From Treponemataceae bacterium (GTDB lineage: Bacteria > Spirochaetota > Spirochaetia > Treponematales > Rectinemataceae): a stretch of DNA of 64,000 nucleotides. Under the pieces are notes generated by a model. That model saw only the letters and a program-made list of their open reading frames with translations. It was not told where the DNA came from and did no database searches. The translations under genes were made by a program, and so were the position numbers. Shown piece by piece: positions 1 through 8,175 of this stretch (position 1 is the first letter of the stretch; every line of letters starts with the position of its first letter). Where the stretch lies: the NCBI GenBank assembly GCA_963667725.2, contig CAXXHO010000005.1:320001-384000 (forward strand). Reading direction: 5' to 3'.

Positions 1-1
1 G

Positions 2-154
2 CAGCGATGCGCGACTCAGCTTGACCGCGAAGTAGATGAGGGCGGCAATGAAGATGATACCGACTATCCATGACACGACCGCGATCCATGGAAAACCCGC
101 GGCGCCCGAAAATCCAGCTCCCTGTGAAAACCCATATCCGTAATATCCACGCAT
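2..154 (-). CDS. Small membrane protein, probably SHOCT-domain type; 3' end cut off by the window edge
   Basis: GGAGGA RBS (161-166), ATG at 154, and an open frame to the edge: MRGYYGYGFSQGAGFSGAAGFPWIAVVSWIVGIIFIAALIYFAVKLSRASL. The Gly/Tyr-rich N-terminus plus one TM helix is typical of SHOCT proteins. Not in the ORF track. Confidence 0.7.
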   Translation of the reverse strand, partial: MRGYYGYGFSQGAGFSGAAGFPWIAVVSWIVGIIFIAALIYFAVKLSRASL

Positions 155-421
155 TCTATATCCTCCGCGATAGTTGACGGCCGACTTCCCGCCGGATGGC
201 GAGGAAGGCCCACTGTCTTTGACAGATCATCGCAGCAATAGATATGCATATACCATGCCAAAAGAAATAAATTGAATATAATTCTTTTATAGATATGAAG
301 TTGTCACGTAATGACTGATGGCGGGCAAGGGATAATGACAGCCCAACCGCCTATAAAATGGGGTTGAATGGGTATTATTTTCCCGCCGCCGCGCAGAATG
401 CGCGAAGGATTGAGCCTTGCC

Positions 422-1234
422 TTACTCGCTTAAATACAGCGCCGCGCCGAGCGCGGTCGCGTACTGGGCGAGTTCGGGAACGATGAAGCGGATGCCGTAG
501 ATGGGGTAGAGCTTTTCCAGCACGGTAACCGCCGCCGGAATCTGCATCGTGTTGCCCACGACGACGATTGTAGAGTCGCGCTCGGCGCGGGAAGCGAAAA
601 GCGCAAGCATGCCCACGGTCTGAAACACCATGTTGACGATGCCCGCCGCGAAATCCTCGGCGCTTGGACGATCAGCCATCTTGCCGAAATTGGACGCGGT
701 GGCTTCGCGTGGCAGCGTACCCACTTCCCTGGAAGATATATCGCCGACAGTCAGATCGACGCCCTTCACGTCGCCCCGCGAGGCCGCGAGGGCAAGGGTG
801 TCAAAATCCGTGATCCCGGCCAGGGCCTTGCCGAGCCCCAGGATCGTCCCGCCGCCGATGCCCGAGCCGCCCACATGGCGCGCCTGCCTGCCTTCGGCGT
901 GGACGATGGCCGTTCCCGTTCCCACGGAGACGACCAGGGCCCGCTCGGCGCCGGAAAGCTCCAGTCCGCCAAGGCCCACGGCCTGGAATTCCTCCACATG
1001 CTCGACCTTTATGCCGAGAACGTCCTCCCCGATGGCGGAGGAGCCGACGCCGGTTACCGCGAGCCTCGTGATGTCGCCCATCTTCTTGCCGGCTACGGAG
1101 AGGAACTTCCCGATGGCCCCCGCGGCCGAAGTGACGGGATCGCTCGCCTTGACCGTGGCGCAGATTCTTTCCTTATTGGGTCCGAGGCCGACGATCTTGG
1201 TCGTGGTGCCGCCGATATCTATGCCGACTATCAT
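422..1234 (-). CDS. coaW: Type II pantothenate kinase (fumble/CoaW family)
   Basis: ASKHA-fold motifs GIDIGGTTTK, VTGVG, EEF, SVGTGT, GGSGIGGGTILGL, VDLTVGDI, ASNFGK and ALGA. TAATG overlap with the upstream galU. Confidence 0.85.
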   Translation of the reverse strand: MIVGIDIGGTTTKIVGLGPNKERICATVKASDPVTSAAGAIGKFLSVAGKKMGDITRLAVTGVGSSAIGEDVLGIKVEHVEEFQAVGLGGLELSGAERALVVSVGTGTAIVHAEGRQARHVGGSGIGGGTILGLGKALAGITDFDTLALAASRGDVKGVDLTVGDISSREVGTLPREATASNFGKMADRPSAEDFAAGIVNMVFQTVGMLALFASRAERDSTIVVVGNTMQIPAAVTVLEKLYPIYGIRFIVPELAQYATALGAALYLSE

Positions 1235-2097
1235 TATTTCCTCGCTTCCAGGTGTCTGCCCGCGCCGTAAGACGACAGAAAAGCGTCCAACGTCGGCCGC
1301 AGCGACGGATCATTCGCGGCGTTGAACAGGATCGCTTCGAGATATCCGGCCGGATCGCCCGTGTCGAGTCTCGTTCCGGCGACGCGCGCGAAAGCCATCT
1401 TGCCCGCCTCGATCATGCGGTCCAAGGCGTACGTATGATAATACTCGCCCTTCACATGTTTCGCCCAACCTTCCTCGAGCTTGTCGAAAAACTCCGGAGT
1501 ATACAGATAGCGGCCGATGGACACTTCGTGGCTGGGTTCGCTGCCGCGAGCCGGCTTTTCCACGAATCCTTTCACGCCGACGCCATCTTTCTCCGGGTCG
1601 ACGATGCCGTAGCGGGACACGTCGCCGGGTTCGAATATCGTGGCCAGGACGCACTTGCCCGTTTTACGGTATACGTCGATGAGCTGGCGCGCGAGGGGGA
1701 CGTCACCCAGGACCAGATCGTCCGGATAGGCCACCACGCAGGGCTCGCCGCCGATGAGGTTTTTCACCTGCAGCAGCGCGTGCCCCGTGCCCATCATTTC
1801 GGTCTGCCGCACGAAAGAAATGCGCGCCGGCGGCGGGCTTATCAAGGCAAGCTTGTCGGCTTTCCCTTCCCTCGCGAAAAGGCTTTCCAGCTCTATTTCG
1901 CGATCGAAATAATCCTCGAGGGCTTTTTTTCTCCGCGATGAGATGATGACGATGTCCTCGATGCCCGAGGCGATGAATTCTTCGACGATGTAGGCGATGC
2001 TCGGCTTGACGCCGACAGGCAGGAGTTCCTTGGGAACGGTCTTGGTGACCGGAAGAAAGCGAGTGCCGTAACCGGCGGCGACAATGATCCCTTTCAT
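1234..2097 (-). CDS. galU: UTP--glucose-1-phosphate uridylyltransferase
   Basis: AAGYGTRFLPVTKTVPKELLP, VRQ..GTGHA, PDD, YGIV, FVEKP, GRY and DTG motifs. Start trimmed to MKGII at 2097. Confidence 0.9.
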   Translation of the reverse strand: MKGIIVAAGYGTRFLPVTKTVPKELLPVGVKPSIAYIVEEFIASGIEDIVIISSRRKKALEDYFDREIELESLFAREGKADKLALISPPPARISFVRQTEMMGTGHALLQVKNLIGGEPCVVAYPDDLVLGDVPLARQLIDVYRKTGKCVLATIFEPGDVSRYGIVDPEKDGVGVKGFVEKPARGSEPSHEVSIGRYLYTPEFFDKLEEGWAKHVKGEYYHTYALDRMIEAGKMAFARVAGTRLDTGDPAGYLEAILFNAANDPSLRPTLDAFLSSYGAGRHLEARK

Positions 2098-2104
2098 GGC
2101 GTCG

Positions 2105-2133
2105 ATTCTAGCGTCCCGGCCGCTAATAGGCAA
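2105..2133 (-). promoter_or_regulatory. Sigma70-type promoter of galU, leaderless or near-leaderless
   Basis: Minus strand TTGCCT-17 nt-TAGAAT, then 7 nt to the ATG, with no SD. Confidence 0.6.
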
Positions 2134-2161
2134 GGCGGAGCGAAAGCCCCGGCAGCCGCGC

Positions 2162-3901
2162 TCAGCCGACGCGCCAACCGCCCTTCCCTTGATTTTTCGC
2201 CTTGTAGAGCCCCCGGTCGGCCATCTGCAGGGTCGCTGTCAGCTCCTCGAAGCTGGGCTCGCCGCCGCAGCAGAATGCCACCCCGGCCGAAACGGTGTAG
2301 CCGACAACCCTCGGCGCCCCATTTACCGCCGACGCGTCCTGTACTACGGCGACACCTGACTGCCTGCAATCCGAAACGAGGTGATCGGCGATCGTGGTGG
2401 CTACCTCGAGAGGGCAGCCGCGCAGGACAAGGAGAAACTCGTCGCCTCCGGTTCTCACCACGCAATCGTCGGCGCGGATGTTCCTCTGGGCTACCCTGAC
2501 CAGATCGACGAGAATAGCGTCGCCCGTCGCGTGGCCGAAGCTGTCGTTGACGGATTTGAAGTTGTCGATATCGAAGGCCAATACGGAAAAGGGCTTCTTG
2601 AGATCGTCGGCGAGAACCGGCAGTATTTTTCGGTTGTAGCATCCCGTGAGCTCGTCGTGGAGCGCTTCCTCACGGAACGTGGCCGCCCTGCGCCGTTCAA
2701 CGATGAGCGCGCTGTAGTGACCCAGGGCATCGTAGACCACGAAGACGCAGGAAGCCAAAGCGAGCACGGTGAAGCCGTAATGGGAGACCATGATGGCCCC
2801 TGGATCGTCTACAAGGACGAGAAGGATGATGTCGCGGGTCGCGCTGAGGAAGGCCACGACGACGCCGAAAACGATGATCCGCAGGGAACCCGCCTTTCGG
2901 CCCTGGCCGGCCACGATCACCAGGAGATAGGTATGCAGCGGCAGAAAGGCGAGATAGGTATAGCCGTAGAGGCGCTTAATGGCGACGATGTCGCCTGGGT
3001 AGACGAGGACCAGGGCGAAGCAGGCCAGCTGCATGGCGGTGAAGACGACGGCGAAAATATCCGGCTTTCTGTCCAGTAGCTTCAGGTAGGCTATGACGAA
3101 AAGCGCGGCGCTCAGATGGCGCAGCGATACGACGATTTTCTTGAAGGCCACGAGCGAGATCGGGAGACGCTCCAGATAGACGAAATCGGCGAGAAAAACG
3201 GCGACGGCGATGCCGGCGATGCCCAGAAGGATGTTGGACAGTCTGCTCAGGTCGTTGAAAATTCCCATGTTCAGGACGATGATCGAAAACGCCAGGATCG
3301 CGCCCATGGAAAGCCAGATCGCGCTGTTGGAGAAGAGCATTAAGAGGAAGAGCCGCGGCGCGTGGCGGTTCGCGTCGATCAGATAGGGCAGTACGGTGAT
3401 TCCCGCCTCATAGGTGCCCGCTATGCTGGCCTCGACGGTATTTTCGGTAGAAAGCAGGCCCGCGGGAACGGGGAAAACATGGACGGCGTTCCATATGCTG
3501 GATCGCCCAGCCATTGGATCTCCGCGTACGCCTAAAGGCAGGCCGTTGAGGGTTACCGCCAGCGAGCTTCCCGCCATCTGCGGAAACACGATAGCCCAGT
3601 TCTCGCCGCCCGCGATCGCGCCGGGAACGAGAAGCTTCATATGAAATGCATAGCCGCCGGATTGGAAGGAGGTGTCGCCTGTACAGGAAATGAGGATAGG
3701 CATCGCTTTTGTCCCGAGAGAGACTCCATCCCTCCCGATCGCCGCCGAGGGTTCCACGAGCAGCGCGTCGCGCGGCGCCTTGTATGCTGACAGAAAGATC
3801 TGGAGCGCGAAAACGACTAAAAACGCCGCGGCGATGTAAGCCGCGCTTCTCATGTTCGCTCGAGGGGAAGGTTTAGGCATGCCAGCTTCCTTTTCCTTCA
3901 T
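2162..3901 (-). CDS. Membrane diguanylate cyclase (extracytoplasmic domain + about 7 TM + GGDEF)
   Basis: DELTGCYNR, DIDNFKSVND, GHATGD and RADD..RTGGDEF with an RxxD I-site. Several hydrophobic helices. Start may be 3880. Confidence 0.9.
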   Translation of the reverse strand: MKEKEAGMPKPSPRANMRSAAYIAAAFLVVFALQIFLSAYKAPRDALLVEPSAAIGRDGVSLGTKAMPILISCTGDTSFQSGGYAFHMKLLVPGAIAGGENWAIVFPQMAGSSLAVTLNGLPLGVRGDPMAGRSSIWNAVHVFPVPAGLLSTENTVEASIAGTYEAGITVLPYLIDANRHAPRLFLLMLFSNSAIWLSMGAILAFSIIVLNMGIFNDLSRLSNILLGIAGIAVAVFLADFVYLERLPISLVAFKKIVVSLRHLSAALFVIAYLKLLDRKPDIFAVVFTAMQLACFALVLVYPGDIVAIKRLYGYTYLAFLPLHTYLLVIVAGQGRKAGSLRIIVFGVVVAFLSATRDIILLVLVDDPGAIMVSHYGFTVLALASCVFVVYDALGHYSALIVERRRAATFREEALHDELTGCYNRKILPVLADDLKKPFSVLAFDIDNFKSVNDSFGHATGDAILVDLVRVAQRNIRADDCVVRTGGDEFLLVLRGCPLEVATTIADHLVSDCRQSGVAVVQDASAVNGAPRVVGYTVSAGVAFCCGGEPSFEELTATLQMADRGLYKAKNQGKGGWRVG

Positions 3902-5901
3902 CGAAAAAGCGATCCCTCCGGAAAATTCCTCGCGACCAGATCCTTCAAGCCCAGCTTTTCGAGGGTTTCCGCCGTCGGCACTCCCGTTTTCCCATCCCAG
4001 CCCATCGCCGCCCAGTGCAGACCGACCTTTTCGGCCAGGGGCAGAGACCTGCCTTTCAAGGGGCCGTTGGAAAGAGGAGGCGCGCCCCGCATGCGTTCGG
4101 GGATGAAATAGTCGCGCGGATGGATTCCCTGCTTGAGGTTGAAGAGCTGGCGCAGGGTCTGCGCTCGCCTGCCCATTTCCATATACTCGTCGGGCGACAG
4201 TTCCATGCCCGTCGCCGCGTTGAAAAAGGCGAAAAGATCCCAGTGCTGGACGCCTGTTATCATGGCGAAAAGACAGCCGCCCGCCATATCGGCCACTTGC
4301 TTGTAGAGCGTGCCGGCCACTCCCTTCATCGCTTCTTCCTCGTTGGCGACGTACTCGCGCGACTTCAGGTAGACGAGGGGCACCTTGGGCGCCCAGGACA
4401 CCCTAGTCCAAAGCCGCATAACGTTATAATAGACGCCGGAGGCGATCGTGTGACGTCCCGGCGTGGGGTCGGCCGAGTAGGACACTCCCATCTGCGGATC
4501 GGCCCGCGAATCGTGCATGCCGGGCTCCTGCCCTCCAGCCTGCGCGGCGAAGGTTTCAGAGGAATGCCCCAGCTTCTTCGCGGCCGCGGCGGCTCCGTCG
4601 GCGAAAAGCTCGCCGACGCCCTGGCGCCTCGCCATGAGCTCGAGGAACTCCACGATGGCTTCGCTGCCGCCCCATTTCAGGTCGATGCCGCCCAACGCGG
4701 CTTCGCTCAGGATGCCGCGCTCCCTGCACTCGATGGCGAAGGCCACGGTCGATCCCGCGGAAATCGTGTCGAGGCCGCTCCTGTTGCATATGTCGTTGCA
4801 TTTGAAGATGGACGCGTGGTCGTCGTTGAGGAGGAGGGGGCCGAAAGCGGCGTGCGTCTCGTACTCAGGTTTGTGCATATGCCCGTCGCCGGCGATGATG
4901 CCGCTCACGTCGCAGATGCCGCCGCAGCCGATGACGCAGGAATAGCAGTGGTATTTCTTCGTTTCGAGGTCCGTGACCTTCTGGGCGTTGAGCTTTTCGT
5001 ACCGCGCCTTCGGGAACTCGGCCGGACCGTCTTTCCAGTTGCCCACCGGCGTATCGCCGTTCACCACGCCGCCTGTGTTGTTGTAGATCGTGCCCCAGCG
5101 CTTGAAAAACGCCGCGCTCAGGATGCCGTCCATGCGGAAGACGAGGGGCAGTCCCATCATTTTTCCCACGAAGGCCAGGTGCTTGCCCTTCACGAAGGCC
5201 GGGATATTGGTCTTCTTCACCGATTCGGTGAATCGCTTGGAGAGCTCCGTCACTTTCTGCGGATTGGCGCAGGATATTATGGCGTTTCCGGACAGAACGA
5301 TGGCCTTGAGGCGCTTCGAACCCATGACGGCGCCGACGCCCGAGCGCGCGGCGTAGCGGCCTCCGTCGTTGGAGATGCCGGAGATGAGCGACAGGTTTTC
5401 GGCGGCGTAGCCTATGGCGGCCATCGCTGGTTTTTTTCCCTTACACGAGGCGAAAATCGCTTCCTCTGTCTCGACGGCGTCTTTGCCCCAGAGTTCCCCG
5501 GCCGGTTCCAGCCGGGGGCCCGCGTCGTCGCAGAAAAAAACGACGGGCTGGGCCGAGATTCCCTTGAAGAAGATGCCGTCGTAGCCGCAGCGTTTTATCG
5601 CCGGGGACAGGGTGCCGCCGCAGTTGGCGTCTCCCCAGCCGCCGGTGAGGGGCGACTTGCAGGCCACCATCCAGCGGCCTGTCATGACCGACCCGGTCCC
5701 GGTCAGGGCCCCCGACATGAAGGCGAGCAGATTTTCGGGACCGAGCGGGTCAGCGCCGGCGGGAATTTCGTCTATGAGAATTCGCGCCGCGAGGCCGATC
5801 CCGCCGGCGCACTCGCGGTACATTTCTTCTGGCGGTGTCCGCGTCTCGAAGGCGCCGTTCCCCAAATCGACGAAGAGCAGCTTGCCCATGCAGCCTTTCA
5901 T
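3898..5901 (-). CDS. aor: Aldehyde:ferredoxin oxidoreductase family (W/Mo-pterin, 4Fe-4S)
   Basis: KSPLTGG, ARSGVGAVMGSKRLKA, CYSCVIGC, PEYET, GLDTIS and GW..G.PT.ETLEKLGL. GGAGG RBS. Confidence 0.92.
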   Translation of the reverse strand: MKGCMGKLLFVDLGNGAFETRTPPEEMYRECAGGIGLAARILIDEIPAGADPLGPENLLAFMSGALTGTGSVMTGRWMVACKSPLTGGWGDANCGGTLSPAIKRCGYDGIFFKGISAQPVVFFCDDAGPRLEPAGELWGKDAVETEEAIFASCKGKKPAMAAIGYAAENLSLISGISNDGGRYAARSGVGAVMGSKRLKAIVLSGNAIISCANPQKVTELSKRFTESVKKTNIPAFVKGKHLAFVGKMMGLPLVFRMDGILSAAFFKRWGTIYNNTGGVVNGDTPVGNWKDGPAEFPKARYEKLNAQKVTDLETKKYHCYSCVIGCGGICDVSGIIAGDGHMHKPEYETHAAFGPLLLNDDHASIFKCNDICNRSGLDTISAGSTVAFAIECRERGILSEAALGGIDLKWGGSEAIVEFLELMARRQGVGELFADGAAAAAKKLGHSSETFAAQAGGQEPGMHDSRADPQMGVSYSADPTPGRHTIASGVYYNVMRLWTRVSWAPKVPLVYLKSREYVANEEEAMKGVAGTLYKQVADMAGGCLFAMITGVQHWDLFAFFNAATGMELSPDEYMEMGRRAQTLRQLFNLKQGIHPRDYFIPERMRGAPPLSNGPLKGRSLPLAEKVGLHWAAMGWDGKTGVPTAETLEKLGLKDLVARNFPEGSLFR

Positions 5902-5919
5902 GATTGCCTCCAGGCGCGT

Positions 5920-6258
5920 TCAGCGCGCAAGGAAATCTTCGCGGGGAGGCGAAAAAACGTCGAGGAGCCGCCCCTTGGCGAGACATTTGGTTCCATGCAG
6001 CGCGCCGCCGGGAACGAGGACGCAGTCTCCTTGCTCCAGCCTGTAGGTCGCCGCGCCCACGAAATAATCGAAGCTTCCGTCGAGACAATAGGATATCTGC
6101 TCATGAGGATGCTGATGCTCGGCTCCCGCGGCCCCTGTTTCGAAAAGCACTTCGACGACCATCGACTTCTCGCCGTAGGCCCTCACCTTGCGTGACAGAA
6201 GGCCGGGTTCGAGAATTTCCAGCTTGGCCCCTATATCCGGGAAAAACGTTCCTTCCAT
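5920..6258 (-). CDS. Cupin domain protein, KdgF-like
   Basis: HQHPHEQ..Y cupin motif 1, GD...VP...HG motif 2 and C-terminal LLDVFSPPREDFL. GGAGG RBS before ATG 6258. Confidence 0.85.
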   Translation of the reverse strand: MEGTFFPDIGAKLEILEPGLLSRKVRAYGEKSMVVEVLFETGAAGAEHQHPHEQISYCLDGSFDYFVGAATYRLEQGDCVLVPGGALHGTKCLAKGRLLDVFSPPREDFLAR

Positions 6259-6365
6259 GAAAATCCTCCGCCCAACGCCGGATTTCACCGACGCCGAATT
6301 CCGTCTTGACTATATCATGAAATTCTGCGACGATACACGAAATCTTCAACAAAGGAGCCGAAGCA

Positions 6366-6416
6366 GTGTTTGTAAACGTAACGTCATCGTACCGAAACGT
6401 ACGCGCAGCTGCTTAA
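6366..6416 (+). CDS. Putative 16-aa leader peptide (MFVNVTSSYRNVRAAA) upstream of the MFS gene
   Basis: AAGGAG (6352-6357), 8 nt, GTG 6366, TAA 6414-6416. Possible promoter TTGACT(6306)-17-GACGAT upstream, and extensive hairpins downstream. Confidence 0.45.
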   Translation: MFVNVTSSYRNVRAAA

Positions 6417-6563
6417 GGCTCGAGTACAGAAAGAACACCCCCTTTCTCACATCCTTAAGCATCTCCGCGCCACCAGTCAGCTGCGCTGAAAGCGCAATCG
6501 CCATGCCGGCAGGGCTAATTCCCTCCGGAACGGTACCGCACCACGTGCGGGAGCATTAAAATC

Positions 6564-7928
6564 ATGGGCACTCAAGCCGCAAAAAAAAGCATCGACAATC
6601 TCCTTCCAGCCCTGCGCCGCAAGGCGGTGGGACTATTCAGCGTCTACAGAGGGCTTCCAAAACCTCTCTACATGCTGTGCATCGCTACCATCATCAACTC
6701 GATGGGCATTTTCGTGTTTCCCTTTCTCACCCTCTATCTCACCGGAAGGTCCGGAATGAGCCAGGGAGAAGCGGGCAACTTCATGTTTTTCATCTCTATC
6801 GTCTACATACCGGGCAACTTCATCGGCGGGAAACTGGCCGACCGATGGGGACGCAAGCGGCTCATGGTCGTCACGCAGATAATCTCGGCGGCCCTGTACA
6901 TCCCCTGCGGCTTCGCCATGTTCTCCGCCTATGTCCCCATGCTCATTCTCCTGAGCGTGTTCTTCGACGGCATCACCGATCCCGCCCGCTCGGCGATGAT
7001 GACGGATCTCACCACGCCGGAGAACAGGCGCACCGCCTTCTCGCTCCAGTACCTCGCCCACAACCTCGGCTTCGCGGTGGGATCGCTCATCGCGGGTTTC
7101 CTCTTCGAGCACGCGTCGTCCTGGCTCTTCTGGGGAAACGCGCTGGCCGTCTTCGCCGCCACCGCCATCGTGGGCGCCAAGGTGGGCGAAACGAAGCCTA
7201 CCCAGCAGCAGATCGACGCGACCATCGGCACGGGAAGCACCGAGGAAGCCCACAAGGGCTCCCTGGTCCAGGCCTTATTGTCGCGCCCCTTCCTCATCGT
7301 TTTCACGATGATCGTGACCTGGTACGGCTTCGTCTACAACCAGCACCGCTTCGCCCTGCCTCTCCAGACGAAAGCGCTGTTCGGCGAATCAGGGGCGGCC
7401 ATTTTCGGCACCTTCATGACGCTGAACGCCGTCCTCGTCATCTTCCTCTCGACGCCCGTTATGGCCCTGTCGAAAAAATGGAAGCCCATCAATTCGGTGG
7501 CGCTGGCCGGGGTCTTCTACGCGGTGGGGTTCGGCATGATAGGATTTTCGCACAATATCTGGCTTCTTTACCTATCGACGATCCTGTGGACGCTGGGCGA
7601 AATCGTGAACGCGACGAACGAGGGCGCCTATGTGGCGAACCACACGCCCATCTCCCATCGGGGAAGATTCCAATCCGTCCTGCCCTTCATCGGGGGAATA
7701 GGCTGGACTATCAGCCCTCCCGTCATCGGCAGGCTCATAGACGCCACCAGCCTCGACGCCGTGTGGCCTCTCGTGGGCGCCATCGCCGCCGCCGCCGCCG
7801 GCCTGATCTGGCTCCTGGGCAAGATCGAGGACAGGACGCTGGCCCGGCGACCCAAAATCGCCCCAGGAAGCGTCCCGGAAATCGCCCAGAAAGGCGCCGG
7901 GGAGGTTCCTGTGGAAATTCGGGACTAA
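6564..7928 (+). CDS. MFS transporter (drug/metabolite:H+ antiporter-like)
   Basis: Motif A GGKLADRWGRK and about 12 TM helices. Confidence 0.9.
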   Translation: MGTQAAKKSIDNLLPALRRKAVGLFSVYRGLPKPLYMLCIATIINSMGIFVFPFLTLYLTGRSGMSQGEAGNFMFFISIVYIPGNFIGGKLADRWGRKRLMVVTQIISAALYIPCGFAMFSAYVPMLILLSVFFDGITDPARSAMMTDLTTPENRRTAFSLQYLAHNLGFAVGSLIAGFLFEHASSWLFWGNALAVFAATAIVGAKVGETKPTQQQIDATIGTGSTEEAHKGSLVQALLSRPFLIVFTMIVTWYGFVYNQHRFALPLQTKALFGESGAAIFGTFMTLNAVLVIFLSTPVMALSKKWKPINSVALAGVFYAVGFGMIGFSHNIWLLYLSTILWTLGEIVNATNEGAYVANHTPISHRGRFQSVLPFIGGIGWTISPPVIGRLIDATSLDAVWPLVGAIAAAAAGLIWLLGKIEDRTLARRPKIAPGSVPEIAQKGAGEVPVEIRD

Positions 7929-8029
7929 TGGAGGTATACTGTAGTGGGTGGTGGAGCGGTTTACCGGTCTTCCACCCAGCCAAGCCGCAGGGAAACAAGA
8001 CCGAATGGACATAAAAAGAGAGCGTTCGG

Positions 8030-8101
8030 TGGGCGATATTGGGATTGAACCAATGACTTCTACCGTGTGAAGGTAGCACTCTCCCGCTGAGTTAATCGCC
8101 C
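8030..8101 (-). tRNA. tRNA-Val (anticodon CAC), CCA end not encoded
   Basis: Minus strand GGGCGATTAACTCAGCGGGAGAGTGCTACCTTCACACGGTAGAAGTCATTGGTTCAATCCCAATATCGCCCA. Acceptor stem, D arm, anticodon stem CTACC/GGTAG with loop TT-CAC-AC, and T-loop TTCAATC. Confidence 0.96.
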
Positions 8102-8125
8102 ACCCAACGCTCTCGACTGCTGGCC

Positions 8126-8154
8126 ATCCTACCAAAGCCCCGACAGCGTGTCAA
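8126..8154 (-). promoter_or_regulatory. Sigma70 promoter of tRNA-Val
   Basis: Minus strand TTGACA-17 nt-TAGGAT with a TGn extension. Confidence 0.75.
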
Positions 8155-8175
8155 GAAGCGGCTTGCGGAGAAACG

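Noticed and set aside
64..261. Track ORF of 65 aa
   Set aside because: No RBS, and it overlaps the better-supported RBS-led frame starting at 154.
4015..6195. 726-aa plus-strand ORF and similar long antisense ORFs (17263..19164, 46997..48685, 19423..20814, 36166..37284)
   Set aside because: Shadow frames of well-supported opposite-strand genes in GC-rich DNA, with no recognisable motifs.
6366..6416. Peptide ending in AA*, resembling a tmRNA tag
   Set aside because: No tRNA-like 5' GGGG or 3' T-arm/CCA ends, and it has its own SD and start codon.
6525..6550. GGTACCGC, resembling a T-box antiterminator
   Set aside because: Lacks the GGTGG bulge context, a stem I with AG/GNUG boxes and a downstream U-rich terminator.
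8030..8101. tRNA as an integration site of a genomic island
   Set aside because: No integrase nearby and no duplicated tRNA 3' end seen in the window.
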